A stretch of 64,000 bases of DNA from Candidatus Poseidoniaceae archaeon (GCA_049438185.1 JBMTJI010000006.1:10859-74858), one strand, 5' to 3'; shown: positions 18,453 to 28,248, counted from the stretch's first letter. Numbers and translations are program-made. Notes: generated from the sequence alone by a model not told the origin.

Positions 18453-19268
18453 ATGGTGAGGCGCATTATCATCAAATTTGGAGGTGCGCTCATCACCAAA
18501 AAAAATGAAGAATGCGTCGCAAACATCGAAATCATTCGGAATCTATGCTCCACCGTCCACTCCATAACCGAGCAAGGCGTTCACGTCATTATTGTGCATG
18601 GTGCGGGTTCGTTTGGCCACTTGAAGGCAAAACGATGGCGTCTTCATGAAGGTCATTTGCCTGGATTTGTAGTAGAAAATGACGCATGTTCATCCCAAAC
18701 CGAAGCCGTTGAACATGTCCGAAAAGATATGTTGGAACTCAACTCAATCATCGTTTCGGAATTAGACCGTGTTGGGTTGCATACACAATCGCATCCACCT
18801 CATGAATGGGCAACAAATCTTGGTCCAACGTTCAACGGTTCACTTGAGAGGTTTTCATTATCAAAACCAAACCATGTGCACCTATCATTTGGTGATGTAG
18901 TGGATGTCGATGGAGAGGATCAATTTGGAATTCTTTCTGGCGATGATCTCGTAGCTAGGCTTTCACTCGAACTTCCAGGGATTGAATCGCTTATCTTCGC
19001 AATGGGTGGCGTCGATGGGCTACTCAAGGTACCACCTCACCTCGCAGATGAACATGATTTGATCGATCACTGGTCACCAGATATTGCGTATGAAGGGCTG
19101 CATCAATCAGACATCGATGTAACAGGAGGTATTGGCTTGAAAATCAATCGAGGTCATTTGGTGGCTCAATCAGGGGTCGGAGTCTATCTCATTAATGGAG
19201 AACATCCAACGAGAATTGCAGCTCTCGTTCGAGGCGATCCTTGGAGAGGTACGACGATTTTACCTTGA
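18453..19268 (+). CDS. ipk: Isopentenyl phosphate kinase (amino-acid kinase fold)
   Basis: MVRRIIIKFGGALITKK...IIVHGAGSFGH. Glycine-rich kinase motifs. About 271 aa. Confidence 0.7.
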   Translation: MVRRIIIKFGGALITKKNEECVANIEIIRNLCSTVHSITEQGVHVIIVHGAGSFGHLKAKRWRLHEGHLPGFVVENDACSSQTEAVEHVRKDMLELNSIIVSELDRVGLHTQSHPPHEWATNLGPTFNGSLERFSLSKPNHVHLSFGDVVDVDGEDQFGILSGDDLVARLSLELPGIESLIFAMGGVDGLLKVPPHLADEHDLIDHWSPDIAYEGLHQSDIDVTGGIGLKINRGHLVAQSGVGVYLINGEHPTRIAALVRGDPWRGTTILP

Positions 19269-19278
19269 GGTGTGAATC

Positions 19279-19521
19279 GTGGAATTTGGATTGTATTCAC
19301 TCGGTATCGTTGTTGGTTTTGCAATTGTTCGGTGGGCTACTGAGAACACAACATTCCATCTACGAACAAATTCGATTTGGCTCCATCATTGGATCATTGC
19401 TCTCCTTGTGATGGTTCCAATGTTCTATTTTCAGATTGAATCTTCATTGCTTTGGGGTGGTATGACAGGAATGGCTCTTGAAGGTCTAGGCCGCAAGAAC
19501 TGGTCGATTCGACGTAAGTAG
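19279..19521 (+). CDS. Small two-helix membrane protein (hypothetical)
   Basis: 80 aa, two hydrophobic helices. Fills the gap between IPK and IDI-GGPPS with 10- and 17-nt spacers. Confidence 0.3.
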   Translation: MEFGLYSLGIVVGFAIVRWATENTTFHLRTNSIWLHHWIIALLVMVPMFYFQIESSLLWGGMTGMALEGLGRKNWSIRRK

Positions 19522-19538
19522 GGTCAATTCCCTGTCGT

Positions 19539-21344
19539 TTGAGGCGAACTCTCTATGTAGCGCCTGCCGAGAGAAAGTTTGGGGCTCATATGACGAACTA
19601 TGCGAGCGGGGACGTTCCTGAGGCAGATATCGATTCCGATGCCACGGAATTTTTGGCTGCACAATCCTCTGATTCGACCCAAGCCAGCATGATGGCAGAA
19701 GCGGTTTTGCAAGTTGATGAGAACGATGTTGTTGTCGGACCAATGAGCAAAGCGGACAGCCACTTCCAATCTGGCTCGCTTCATCGTGCATTTAGTGTTC
19801 TGTTGTTCAATTCAGAAGGACGTTTGCTTCTGCAACAACGAGCACATGACAAGATTACATTCCCAAGCGTTTGGGCAAACTCGTGTTGCTCACATCCTCT
19901 TGCAAGTAAGGACGAAATGGATGAATTAAACGCTCGTGGGGTCAAGATTGCAGCCATTCGTAAACTCGAACAGGAACTTGGTATTTCACCCGATTCGGTT
20001 GACATCAACGATTTTCACTTCATTACGAAAATGCGTTATTCTGCCCGAATGAATGCGGATTGGATTGAACGTGAAATCGATCATATTTTGATGATACAAG
20101 CTGATGTCGACCTCAATCCAAATCCGAATGAGGTGGCCGCAATCAAGTGGGTGAATGCTGAAGAATTGGATGCGATGTTGGTCGATCTGGAAAGTGATGA
20201 AATCATCGCCCCTTGGTTCCGTTGCATTGCTGCACGCTTGATGAACGAGGAGTGGTGGGAAGCAATCGGCAATCAAACTGCTTGTGAGGCACTCCAAGAT
20301 GGATTGATTCATGATATGGGCGATGTAACACATATGTTACCCAATGCAGAAGGTGCTGACTTGCTTACGAGCATCAACGAAGTCAAACCGTTCATTGAAC
20401 AGCGTATCATTGAGAGTTTGACAGCATCACGACACGAACGTTTGGCTAATGCGATGATGCATTTGATTCATGGCGGAGGAAAGCGAATGCGGGCAACACT
20501 TCCATGGCTGGTTGGCCGTGCAGTAGGTGACACGCATTCTGGTCTACTCGATATTGGTGCGGCCATTGAAACAATCCACAACTTTACGCTGGTACATGAT
20601 GATATCATGGACGATGATGAGATTCGTCGTGGTAGAAACGCTGTGCATATCGAATACGATATGCCGACGGCCATCAACGCAGGAGATGCAATGCTTGCTA
20701 TTGCTTTTGAACGCTTGGTCATGTCAGCAAACATTGAACTTCAGGACATTCCATCGCTTGTCAATCGAATAGCATGGATGGTGCGACGCGTTTCTGAAGG
20801 ACAACAGTTGGACATTGAATTTGAAACAAGGGATCGTGTTTCAGAAGAAGAATACTTAGAGATGATTGAAGGAAAAACAGCAGTCATGTTCCAGATTTGT
20901 GCAGAACTTGGTGCACGGGTTGCAGGTGCTGATGAAGAAGTCGTCCAATGTCTCGCCGAATGGGGTCTCTCCGTCGGTCTTTGTTTCCAGTTGATGGACG
21001 ATCTCATTGATGTGCTCTCAGACTCAGCCACACTTGGTAAACCCACGGGTTCGGATGTTGCTCAAGGGAAGCAAACGCTGATGGTCATTCATGCACTTTC
21101 GCAACCAGATTCGGATACAAAATCACGTCTGCTTTCCGTACTCGGAACGTGTGAGGATGCAACAGAATCGATGATTCAAGATGGAATTGCTGCCCTCGAT
21201 GAACTCGGTTCAATCGCTTATGCTCGTGCAAAGGCCAACGAATATCATCAACGTGCACATGCTTGCTTAGACCGTTTACCGGATGGACCAGCAATGATGG
21301 CATTGCGGGAATTAACTGACCTTCAACTTAAGCGTCTGAGTTGA
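19539..21344 (+). CDS. Fusion protein: type-1 isopentenyl-diphosphate isomerase (Nudix fold) + (E)-polyprenyl (GGPP/FPP) synthase
   Basis: N-terminal half has the IDI1 signature WANSCCSHPL and the Glu-rich Nudix-like segment. C-terminal half has FARM LVHDDIMDDDEIRRG and SARM FQLMDDLID. 601 aa. Alternative start at 19590. Confidence 0.8.
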   Translation: MRRTLYVAPAERKFGAHMTNYASGDVPEADIDSDATEFLAAQSSDSTQASMMAEAVLQVDENDVVVGPMSKADSHFQSGSLHRAFSVLLFNSEGRLLLQQRAHDKITFPSVWANSCCSHPLASKDEMDELNARGVKIAAIRKLEQELGISPDSVDINDFHFITKMRYSARMNADWIEREIDHILMIQADVDLNPNPNEVAAIKWVNAEELDAMLVDLESDEIIAPWFRCIAARLMNEEWWEAIGNQTACEALQDGLIHDMGDVTHMLPNAEGADLLTSINEVKPFIEQRIIESLTASRHERLANAMMHLIHGGGKRMRATLPWLVGRAVGDTHSGLLDIGAAIETIHNFTLVHDDIMDDDEIRRGRNAVHIEYDMPTAINAGDAMLAIAFERLVMSANIELQDIPSLVNRIAWMVRRVSEGQQLDIEFETRDRVSEEEYLEMIEGKTAVMFQICAELGARVAGADEEVVQCLAEWGLSVGLCFQLMDDLIDVLSDSATLGKPTGSDVAQGKQTLMVIHALSQPDSDTKSRLLSVLGTCEDATESMIQDGIAALDELGSIAYARAKANEYHQRAHACLDRLPDGPAMMALRELTDLQLKRLS

Positions 21345-21804
21345 TCCTTACTTGTTCTCCCTCTTGGATGATGCCTTCCACGAGAACTCGCGCATACCAA
21401 CGCGTCTGTCCAGGATACTTCTTATCAGAGAGTTGATTGAAATCACCACCTGTAAAAGAATCTTGAATGGTCTTGCATGGTGAAGCAGCCATCGTAATCT
21501 CGAGTTGTACGTTTTCAAATGAAATCTGAACACCTGGATAAAGTGCTTCCTGTGGGACGTTCAAAAGGAGATTTTCACCTGTTGAACCCCCAGTTATTGG
21601 ATGGCCAAGTGATTGCAAATATTCGATCGTTTCAGAACTGATCAAACATACTGCTTTTTCAGTGCCACCATGGTGTTTCGTATCACGAATAACCTCGTTT
21701 CGAATGCCAAGTGTTGTAACATCAAGAAACTCAACAGGTGGTTTGGGTACACCACCCTTCGTTGTAGCAAACAGGCCTGCAATGGATCCTGAAACCATGC
21801 TCAA
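21328..21804 (-). CDS. MOSC-domain protein (YiiM-like)
   Basis: HHGGTEKAVCL motif and beta-barrel-like sequence, 158 aa. Overlaps the aEF-2 3' end by 4 nt. Confidence 0.6.
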   Translation of the reverse strand: MSMVSGSIAGLFATTKGGVPKPPVEFLDVTTLGIRNEVIRDTKHHGGTEKAVCLISSETIEYLQSLGHPITGGSTGENLLLNVPQEALYPGVQISFENVQLEITMAASPCKTIQDSFTGGDFNQLSDKKYPGQTRWYARVLVEGIIQEGEQVRINSDA

Positions 21805-24017
21805 TCAGCATAATAGGATTCTGGGTTTGGCTCAGGCTTCAATCCCTTACGGGTTCGAATTTCACCGACAACCTTGTCAAAGAGTTGTGGTGGGAGCATT
21901 TCGAATCCAAGGTTCTCTGTGTTCCAAACAGCTCGTCCTTGCGATGCAGCACGGATGTCATTTGAGAAGCCAAAGGTCTCAGCAATTGGTAGGACACCAA
22001 CAACGGTTGTCACATCGCCTTCACTTGGCATGTCTTCGATAATTCCACGTCGGTTTGTGACCTCACGTGTGACTTGACCAAGCCAGTCGTTTGGAACGGA
22101 GACGAATGCCTTCTGCATTGGTTCAAGAAGAACCGTCTTCGCACGCATCATAGCACCCTTGATTCCGTTACGAACTGCAGGGATGGTTTGTGCAGGACCA
22201 CGGTGAATGGCGTCTTCGTGGAGTTTTGCGTCCGTCAATCGGACGAACATACCCTGAACAGGTTCATCAGCGATTGGACCCTTCTTACAGACTTCATTGA
22301 ACGCTTCAATAATCAATTCACGCGTTTCGTGGAGTCCTTGAATACCTTTTGTATCGTTGACGAGAACGTTGGTTCCATTGATGGCGTAGATCTTTCGCAT
22401 CAAATCCTTATCCATGCCAAGTTCCCCGAATTTGTTTCCAGTTTCCTTTGCATCACTGCTTCGAACAGGTCCATCGCCAAGATCACCGTTCCGTAGAGCG
22501 CTGACGACTTCAGCAGGAAGTGCTTCAATTTCAAAGAAGAAACGGTTGTGGCGGTTTGGAGACTTTCCTTCAAACGCATTTCCACGGTTGCTTCCTTGAA
22601 CACCTTCACGGTAGACAACGATTGGTGGGCTAACACTGACCTTGATGTTTTGTTCTTCTTCAATTCGGTACACTGTAATCTCAAGGTGAAGTTCTCCCAT
22701 ACCAGCGAGCAACGCTTCACCAGTTTCCTGGTTGGTTGTCACTTGAAGAGAAGCATCAGACTTTGCAAGAGAGCGTAGTGCGTCAATGAACTTTGGAAGA
22801 TCCTTCATGCTCTTTGGCTCGACAGCAACGGTAACGACCGGGTCAGAGTAGTGTCGAATGGCTTCGAATGGCGTGAAGTCTTTGTCACGAGAGAGCGTTA
22901 CACCAGCAGCAGCGCTTCGGATACCCGTGATTGCCGCAATGTTTCCAGCGACGACCTTTGGTACAGTGATTCGATCTCCACCAACCATCATGCTGACTTG
23001 TTGAACACGTTCTGGCTTTGCAGCACCGATGGCGAAGACGGATTCACCTTGAGAAATTGCACCGGAGTAAATACGTCCAACAGCAACTTCACCGGCGTGT
23101 GGATCCATCCAAATCTTGGTAATCATCATGGCGAGTTCTGCATCAGGGTCGCAGGCCATCATTGCCTTACCAATCGAGGAATCAAGGTCACCTGTCCAAA
23201 TGTTCGGAATACGATATGGTTGAGCTTCAACTGGGCTTGGCAGCTTCGTGACAGCCATGTCGAGGAGAACTTCGTGAACTGGTGCTTTTTGTGCCAGTTC
23301 CTTTTGTTTTTCATCGTTACAATACTGGAAGATGTCGGTCATGGTAACGCCAGATTTCTTCATGTATGGAATGGTGATTCCCCAGTTGTGGTATGCGCTA
23401 CCGAATGCAACTGTACCGTCCATAACACTGACTTGCCATTCTTTCTTGAATTCATCAGGAGCGAATTGCTTAATCAGTCTGTTGACCTTGGTAATGGTCT
23501 CTTGGAATCGGTTCATCATGTCTTCAGGGGTTACCTGAAGCTCGTTGATCAGTCGGTCGACTTTGTTGATGAAGAGAACAGGTTTCACCTTCTCCTTGAG
23601 TGCTTGTCGGACAACGGTCTCAGTTTGAGGCATTGGGCCTTCAACAGCACAGGCGAGAATGAAACAACCGTCAACAGCACGCATAGCACGAGTAACGTCA
23701 CCACCAAAGTCAACGTGACCAGGTGTGTCGATGAGATTGATGAGGTAATCTGTTCCTTCAACGGCGTGAACCATGGAAGCGGATGCGGCGTTGATGGTAA
23801 TTCCACGAGCAGATTCTTGCTCGTCAAAGTCGAGAACACGTGCTGCTCCAGCCAAATCACTGGACATCATACCGGCTCCAGCAATCAGGTTGTCAGAAAG
23901 AGTGGTTTTTCCGTGATCAATGTGCGCAGCAATGCACAGATTTCGAATCTGTGGAAGAACGTGCATAACTTCTGTAGCCTTTTTGATGTTGTCTTCTTTT
24001 CGTCCCATGGTGTCCAC
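21801..24017 (-). CDS. fusA: Translation elongation factor aEF-2
   Basis: AHIDHGKTTLSD G1 motif, DTPGHVDF. C-terminal diphthamide-loop region ...AIHRGPAQ.... 738 aa. Confidence 0.95.
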   Translation of the reverse strand: MDTMGRKEDNIKKATEVMHVLPQIRNLCIAAHIDHGKTTLSDNLIAGAGMMSSDLAGAARVLDFDEQESARGITINAASASMVHAVEGTDYLINLIDTPGHVDFGGDVTRAMRAVDGCFILACAVEGPMPQTETVVRQALKEKVKPVLFINKVDRLINELQVTPEDMMNRFQETITKVNRLIKQFAPDEFKKEWQVSVMDGTVAFGSAYHNWGITIPYMKKSGVTMTDIFQYCNDEKQKELAQKAPVHEVLLDMAVTKLPSPVEAQPYRIPNIWTGDLDSSIGKAMMACDPDAELAMMITKIWMDPHAGEVAVGRIYSGAISQGESVFAIGAAKPERVQQVSMMVGGDRITVPKVVAGNIAAITGIRSAAAGVTLSRDKDFTPFEAIRHYSDPVVTVAVEPKSMKDLPKFIDALRSLAKSDASLQVTTNQETGEALLAGMGELHLEITVYRIEEEQNIKVSVSPPIVVYREGVQGSNRGNAFEGKSPNRHNRFFFEIEALPAEVVSALRNGDLGDGPVRSSDAKETGNKFGELGMDKDLMRKIYAINGTNVLVNDTKGIQGLHETRELIIEAFNEVCKKGPIADEPVQGMFVRLTDAKLHEDAIHRGPAQTIPAVRNGIKGAMMRAKTVLLEPMQKAFVSVPNDWLGQVTREVTNRRGIIEDMPSEGDVTTVVGVLPIAETFGFSNDIRAASQGRAVWNTENLGFEMLPPQLFDKVVGEIRTRKGLKPEPNPESYYAD

Positions 24018-24099
24018 CTGTCTGGTTCAATTCGCCCACTTGAATGGGGTTCTTAAGTGAGTCGCAAAAGTTCGACGAAATTCGTCGCCGTATGCGGTT

Positions 24100-24705
24100 T
24101 CATCGAGCGGATGCTGCGATTCGCTCAACTTCTTCTTTCTTGGCGACAGCAAACGAAGTTGCATCGCCTTCAGATGCCTTGTTGAGCTCATTGACGATGC
24201 ATTGTTGAAGGGTTCGTTTCGACTTGTGCGTCCCTTGCTGAGCACCCTTTGCGAGATTCTTCAGTGCAACATCGAGTCGTCGAGATGGTGAGGAATCAAC
24301 GGCCTTTGGCTGAGAAACAGCACCGAACTTAATTCGTGTGATTTCTTCCATTGGAGCTGCATTGCAGATCGCATCAACGAAGATTTGGAGTGGATTCATC
24401 TTGCGTCGCTCAGCGAGAACATCGAGAGCATTTTCGAAGGCTTTCATGGCGGATTGTTTCTTGCCAGTGTAAGCTCCCGTTCGCATGAGTTTGTTGATGT
24501 AACGCTCGACGACACTGAGTTTGGACTTTCCAAACCACATGTTGGCGTGACGGCCACCAGTGTGTGGTACACCGACGGTTGTGAGGTTAACGTATGGTGC
24601 AAGACCAGGGTCATTGCAAACAACTTCAGCTGCATCCCACTTGCCAAAGACAAGTGTTCCGATTCCAGCGATAGGGCGTTCGTCGACTACTGCTTCTTCT
24701 GACAT
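24100..24705 (-). CDS. rps7: 30S ribosomal protein S7 (uS7)
   Basis: Start at internal Met (MSEEAVV), 201 aa. KLMRTGAYTGKKQSAMKAFENALD is a classic uS7 block. The upstream 62 aa of the ORF would overlap S12. Confidence 0.9.
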   Translation of the reverse strand: MSEEAVVDERPIAGIGTLVFGKWDAAEVVCNDPGLAPYVNLTTVGVPHTGGRHANMWFGKSKLSVVERYINKLMRTGAYTGKKQSAMKAFENALDVLAERRKMNPLQIFVDAICNAAPMEEITRIKFGAVSQPKAVDSSPSRRLDVALKNLAKGAQQGTHKSKRTLQQCIVNELNKASEGDATSFAVAKKEEVERIAASAR

Positions 24706-24715
24706 TACAAACACC

Positions 24716-25150
24716 TCAGCGGACTGGCTTCTCCTTGCGTCCTCGAACCATTTCGTCGAGGGACACGCCATTGACTTGAATGACCTTGTAACGGACTCCT
24801 GGAATATCTCCGTAGGAACGACCCATGCGTCCACCGATACCTTCGACCATGACTTCATCGTGTTCATCGATGAAGTTGATAGCACCGTCACCAGGTGCGA
24901 AAGCGGTCAATTTGTTACCGTTCTTGATGAGTGAAATTTTGACAGCCTTACGAATTCCTGAGTTCGGTTGCTTGGCTTCGATACCGACCTTCTCGACAAC
25001 GATACCCTTTGCTTGGGTGGAACCTGCGAGAGGATCGTGCTTGGCGCGAGACTTGAGCATGCGCTTCTTGTATCGTCGGTCAGACCAACGAAACTTTTGA
25101 CGGTCCTTGGCCATTTTTGCACCTGCAAAGAGTCCTCTACCCATGTTCAA
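24716..25150 (-). CDS. rps12: 30S ribosomal protein S12 (uS12)
   Basis: [29 protein letters not shown] is the canonical uS12 core. 144 aa. Confidence 0.9.
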   Translation of the reverse strand: MNMGRGLFAGAKMAKDRQKFRWSDRRYKKRMLKSRAKHDPLAGSTQAKGIVVEKVGIEAKQPNSGIRKAVKISLIKNGNKLTAFAPGDGAINFIDEHDEVMVEGIGGRMGRSYGDIPGVRYKVIQVNGVSLDEMVRGRKEKPVR

Positions 25151-25159
25151 ACCTCATTC

Positions 25160-25205
25160 GAGCGTTTTGGCGACTTTGCTTTCATATATCAAGTCGCCGT
25201 TTAAT
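25160..25205 (-). promoter_or_regulatory. Putative promoter of the S12-S7-aEF2 operon: TATA-like ATATATGA embedded in an 8-bp inverted repeat
   Basis: On the minus strand, ...ggcgacttgATATATGAAAGCaaagtcgcc... lies about 45 nt upstream of the S12 ATG. Perfect inverted repeat GGCGACTT/AAGTCGCC at 25169-25176 and 25191-25198. Confidence 0.3.
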
Positions 25206-25271
25206 CGAAGTAAGGATTCCACCGTCCGTAGGGAAGAATAACATCATAAACAAGTTGTTGTTAGTAAAAAC

Positions 25272-25502
25272 ATGATTCCACAAAATATCCGACCAATCGT
25301 GGCACTGCTGACCATGCTCCTTGGATTGTTGGTCATCGTCAATCATTGGATTGGGCTCGTTGAATCTGATGTGGACATTCTTACGGCGCACGCAGTTGGT
25401 CTGATCGGAGTGTTCTCCGGCATGAACATGATGGCTTCCAGTGCAGAGCCGATGGGCGAAGACCGTCCACGTTACCTCGAAGATACTCAGACAAAGTTCT
25501 GA
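25272..25502 (+). CDS. Small membrane protein (hypothetical)
   Basis: 76 aa with two hydrophobic helices. Lies in the only sizeable gap here. Confidence 0.25.
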   Translation: MIPQNIRPIVALLTMLLGLLVIVNHWIGLVESDVDILTAHAVGLIGVFSGMNMMASSAEPMGEDRPRYLEDTQTKF

Positions 25503-25514
25503 GGACGTGATATC

Positions 25515-26786
25515 TTGGCGTTTCGTGACCACCTCTCGCACGCTGAACGTATCGAAGATGAGACGAGTCTCATCCATGGAATTTGGGAGTTCAGCACGTC
25601 CCGCTCACACTCAAATTTATTGTTTGAGAACATCAAAGAAGTGCCTGGGCAACGAATTTCGGTAAACATGCTAACGCGCGATCGTCTTTGTGAAGCCATC
25701 GGAATTAAACCGGAAGTCTACATTGATACTTTGGCCTGGGCGATGAAGAATCCATCGACACCAGAACTCGTTTCACCTGCTGAATCGCCTGTTTTCGACC
25801 ATATGCAAGAAGAGGTCGATCTGCATTCCGTCGCAATTCCTTACCATTGGCCTCAAGACCGGGGTCGTTACATGTCTGCTAGCGTGATTATTGCAGAAGT
25901 CAATGGTCAACGAAACATGAGTTTCCACAGGCAATTCCTTCGTGACAAGAACCACCTTGTTGTGCGACTGGTACCTCGTCATTTGCGAACCATGGTCGAC
26001 CAGGCACGTGAACGTGGTGAGGAAGTCAATATTGCAATCGTTAACGCCCCCGATCCTGTTGTTTTGCTTGCTGGTGCAATGTCGTTTGATGAACCAATCG
26101 ATGAACTTACTATTGCTGCAGCATTGCATGAAAAACTCTACGACAAACCACTGCAATTGGTTGAGTTACCGAATGGTATCCAAGTTCCTGCTGATGCAGA
26201 ATATGCAATGTGGGGGCGCATTACGTTGGAGGACGACGATGAAGGTCCTTATGTGGACATCACGGGTACAGTCGATGATGTACGTCAAGAACCAGTGATT
26301 GAAGTCGATGGTGTCCTTCATCGTGAGCATCCTATCTTCCATGCGCTTATTCCAGGAGAAGCAGAACACAAGACGCTGATGGGATTGCCACGTTCGCCAA
26401 CCATCAAGGAAGCAGTTTCGCAGGTTGTTGACTGCATTGATGTTCACATGACTGAGGGTGGATGTGGCTGGCTTGCAGCAGTTGTGAAGATTCGAAAGTC
26501 ATCGGAAGAAGATGGACGGAAGGCCATCGAAGCCGCTCTTGCCGGGCACCGTTCGATGAAGATGGTCACGGTTGTTGATGAGGACATTGATATCAGCAAT
26601 CCTGTGCGGGTTGAATGGGCGATGGTCACTCGCTGGCAACCTGACCGAGATACGCATATTTTCCCACATCAGAAAGGATCCAGCCTTGATCCTTCACGGT
26701 ACGAAGACGGTCTCACTTCGAAGGTTGGATTTGATGCAACCATCCATCATTCAGATAACCCAGAAGGGTACATGAGCGTCCAGTAG
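25515..26786 (+). CDS. UbiD-family (prFMN-dependent) decarboxylase, candidate anhydromevalonate-phosphate decarboxylase of the archaeal mevalonate pathway
   Basis: 423 aa. UbiD-like blocks (NMSFHRQFL..., HREHPIFHALIPGEAEHKTLMGL, CGWLAAVVKIRK, WAMVTRWQPDRD). Function is inferred from family plus isoprenoid gene context. Confidence 0.65.
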   Translation: MAFRDHLSHAERIEDETSLIHGIWEFSTSRSHSNLLFENIKEVPGQRISVNMLTRDRLCEAIGIKPEVYIDTLAWAMKNPSTPELVSPAESPVFDHMQEEVDLHSVAIPYHWPQDRGRYMSASVIIAEVNGQRNMSFHRQFLRDKNHLVVRLVPRHLRTMVDQARERGEEVNIAIVNAPDPVVLLAGAMSFDEPIDELTIAAALHEKLYDKPLQLVELPNGIQVPADAEYAMWGRITLEDDDEGPYVDITGTVDDVRQEPVIEVDGVLHREHPIFHALIPGEAEHKTLMGLPRSPTIKEAVSQVVDCIDVHMTEGGCGWLAAVVKIRKSSEEDGRKAIEAALAGHRSMKMVTVVDEDIDISNPVRVEWAMVTRWQPDRDTHIFPHQKGSSLDPSRYEDGLTSKVGFDATIHHSDNPEGYMSVQ

Positions 26787-26788
26787 GG

Positions 26789-27823
26789 ATGGTCATGCGT
26801 CAATCTGCTCATGATGATTTGCAGCATCCAAGGAGAAATCTTGGCAATCGTTACCGCACGCAAGCACAAAAGTTTGTTCGACTTGCAAAAGCCGATCCTG
26901 AGCGAAAAGAATCCAACATGCAATGGGCTGAACAAAACGCTCGACAAGCTCTTTTGCACGATTTTACAGACGAACGAAATTGGCGTTGCTTAGCCGATAT
27001 CAAAGTGGGCTTGAAGGACAATGATGGCTTAGGCATCGTTTTAGAGGACGTTTTTACAGTTCTCGGGCGCGATACGGAACAATTTGAAAAATTGAAACAG
27101 TTGAATTACCTTGAATTTGGTTTGGAACTTCTTGAGGCAGCCTTTGCCCGTGATCCGCTTACAGCCGAAGCATGGTGGGATGCCCTTGTTGCCCGAGGCG
27201 GAGGGGATGAACAGAGCGATGCAGTCCTTTTGGAAATCGCTGATTTTGCAGACCGCTGCCGTGATTTGGATTTTCGAGACCAGCGTGCAAACATTGTCTA
27301 TGGTCGCCGAATTGAGCATTTGCGCTTGCAGGGATTTGAAGATCTGTTCATCGAATTGAGTCGGCATCTTCTTGCGCATCGACCCGTGAATCATGAACTA
27401 TGGATGCAACTGGGTCGTCTACATGAACGACGACGAGAGATTGATTCTGCTTGGTTATGCTACGACCATGTCCAAACACTGATGCCTCATTTATTGGTAC
27501 GTGACGAATTTTTGAATCGCTTAACAGAACGCATGGATGGTGGGGAGAAGACTCCTTGGAGCGGACCTAAACTCGAACATAGGACGGCTTTCCTTGAACA
27601 GATGGAACACCTCAACAAACGTGTGCGCCAAGAACTCCCTGAAAGCATTCCAGAACAACACCAAGATGAGGAAGTCCCAGAACTCAATCTCGACGAGAAG
27701 AAACTCATCGCACTGATTGAATCAGCAAATATTTCTGAAGCATTCTTCTTAGCACGACGCCTAGTAGCCTCCGGAGAATCTTGGGCTGAATCCTATCTCG
27801 AACAATGTCGTTCGCTCATGTAG
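26789..27823 (+). CDS. Hypothetical alpha-helical protein
   Basis: 344 aa, helical and charged, no recognisable motif. 3-nt gap after the UbiD-like gene. Confidence 0.4.
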   Translation: MVMRQSAHDDLQHPRRNLGNRYRTQAQKFVRLAKADPERKESNMQWAEQNARQALLHDFTDERNWRCLADIKVGLKDNDGLGIVLEDVFTVLGRDTEQFEKLKQLNYLEFGLELLEAAFARDPLTAEAWWDALVARGGGDEQSDAVLLEIADFADRCRDLDFRDQRANIVYGRRIEHLRLQGFEDLFIELSRHLLAHRPVNHELWMQLGRLHERRREIDSAWLCYDHVQTLMPHLLVRDEFLNRLTERMDGGEKTPWSGPKLEHRTAFLEQMEHLNKRVRQELPESIPEQHQDEEVPELNLDEKKLIALIESANISEAFFLARRLVASGESWAESYLEQCRSLM

Positions 27824-28248
27824 GTGTTCGTGTGGTTCCAACATTTGTGTTAGCGTATGTTGTTCCAAAGAGCAATCCGAAGTCGGTATTGCATTCAGGT
27901 TCAATCCTCATGGTCTACCATCCTGAACGGGGGTGGGAATTCCCAGGCGGTCATGTTGAACAAGGCGAACTTCCCGAACAAGCCCTGCATCGAGAATTGA
28001 TGGAAGAAGTCGGCGGTACTGGAACACTTCTTGCCTGGAACAAGACCTACTATCCGAAAGGTTGGGTCGGATTGGTTCAAATCAATGATGAGGATATGCC
28101 ATTCTCAGAACCAATGTGGCACGTCAACGATCAACATGTTTCCACCGTACAATGGTTCACAGATTTACCAGAATTCACGCATTGGGATGTGCAAGAAGTC
28201 ATTGACTTGAGCAACTGGATCAATTCTATAGAATCAGGGCATGAGTGA
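27805..28248 (+). CDS. NUDIX hydrolase
   Basis: Nudix box GGHVEQGELPEQALHRELMEEVG. Confidence 0.75.
   Translation: MSFAHVGVRVVPTFVLAYVVPKSNPKSVLHSGSILMVYHPERGWEFPGGHVEQGELPEQALHRELMEEVGGTGTLLAWNKTYYPKGWVGLVQINDEDMPFSEPMWHVNDQHVSTVQWFTDLPEFTHWDVQEVIDLSNWINSIESGHE

Noticed and set aside
22851-24056. 401-aa six-frame ORF on the plus strand
   Set aside because: Entirely antisense to the aEF-2 gene, low-complexity composition, no motifs. This is a classic shadow ORF in a high-coding-density region.
24706-24891. 62-aa N-terminal extension of the S7 ORF
   Set aside because: Would overlap the S12 coding region. uS7 homology begins at the internal Met (MSEEAVV).
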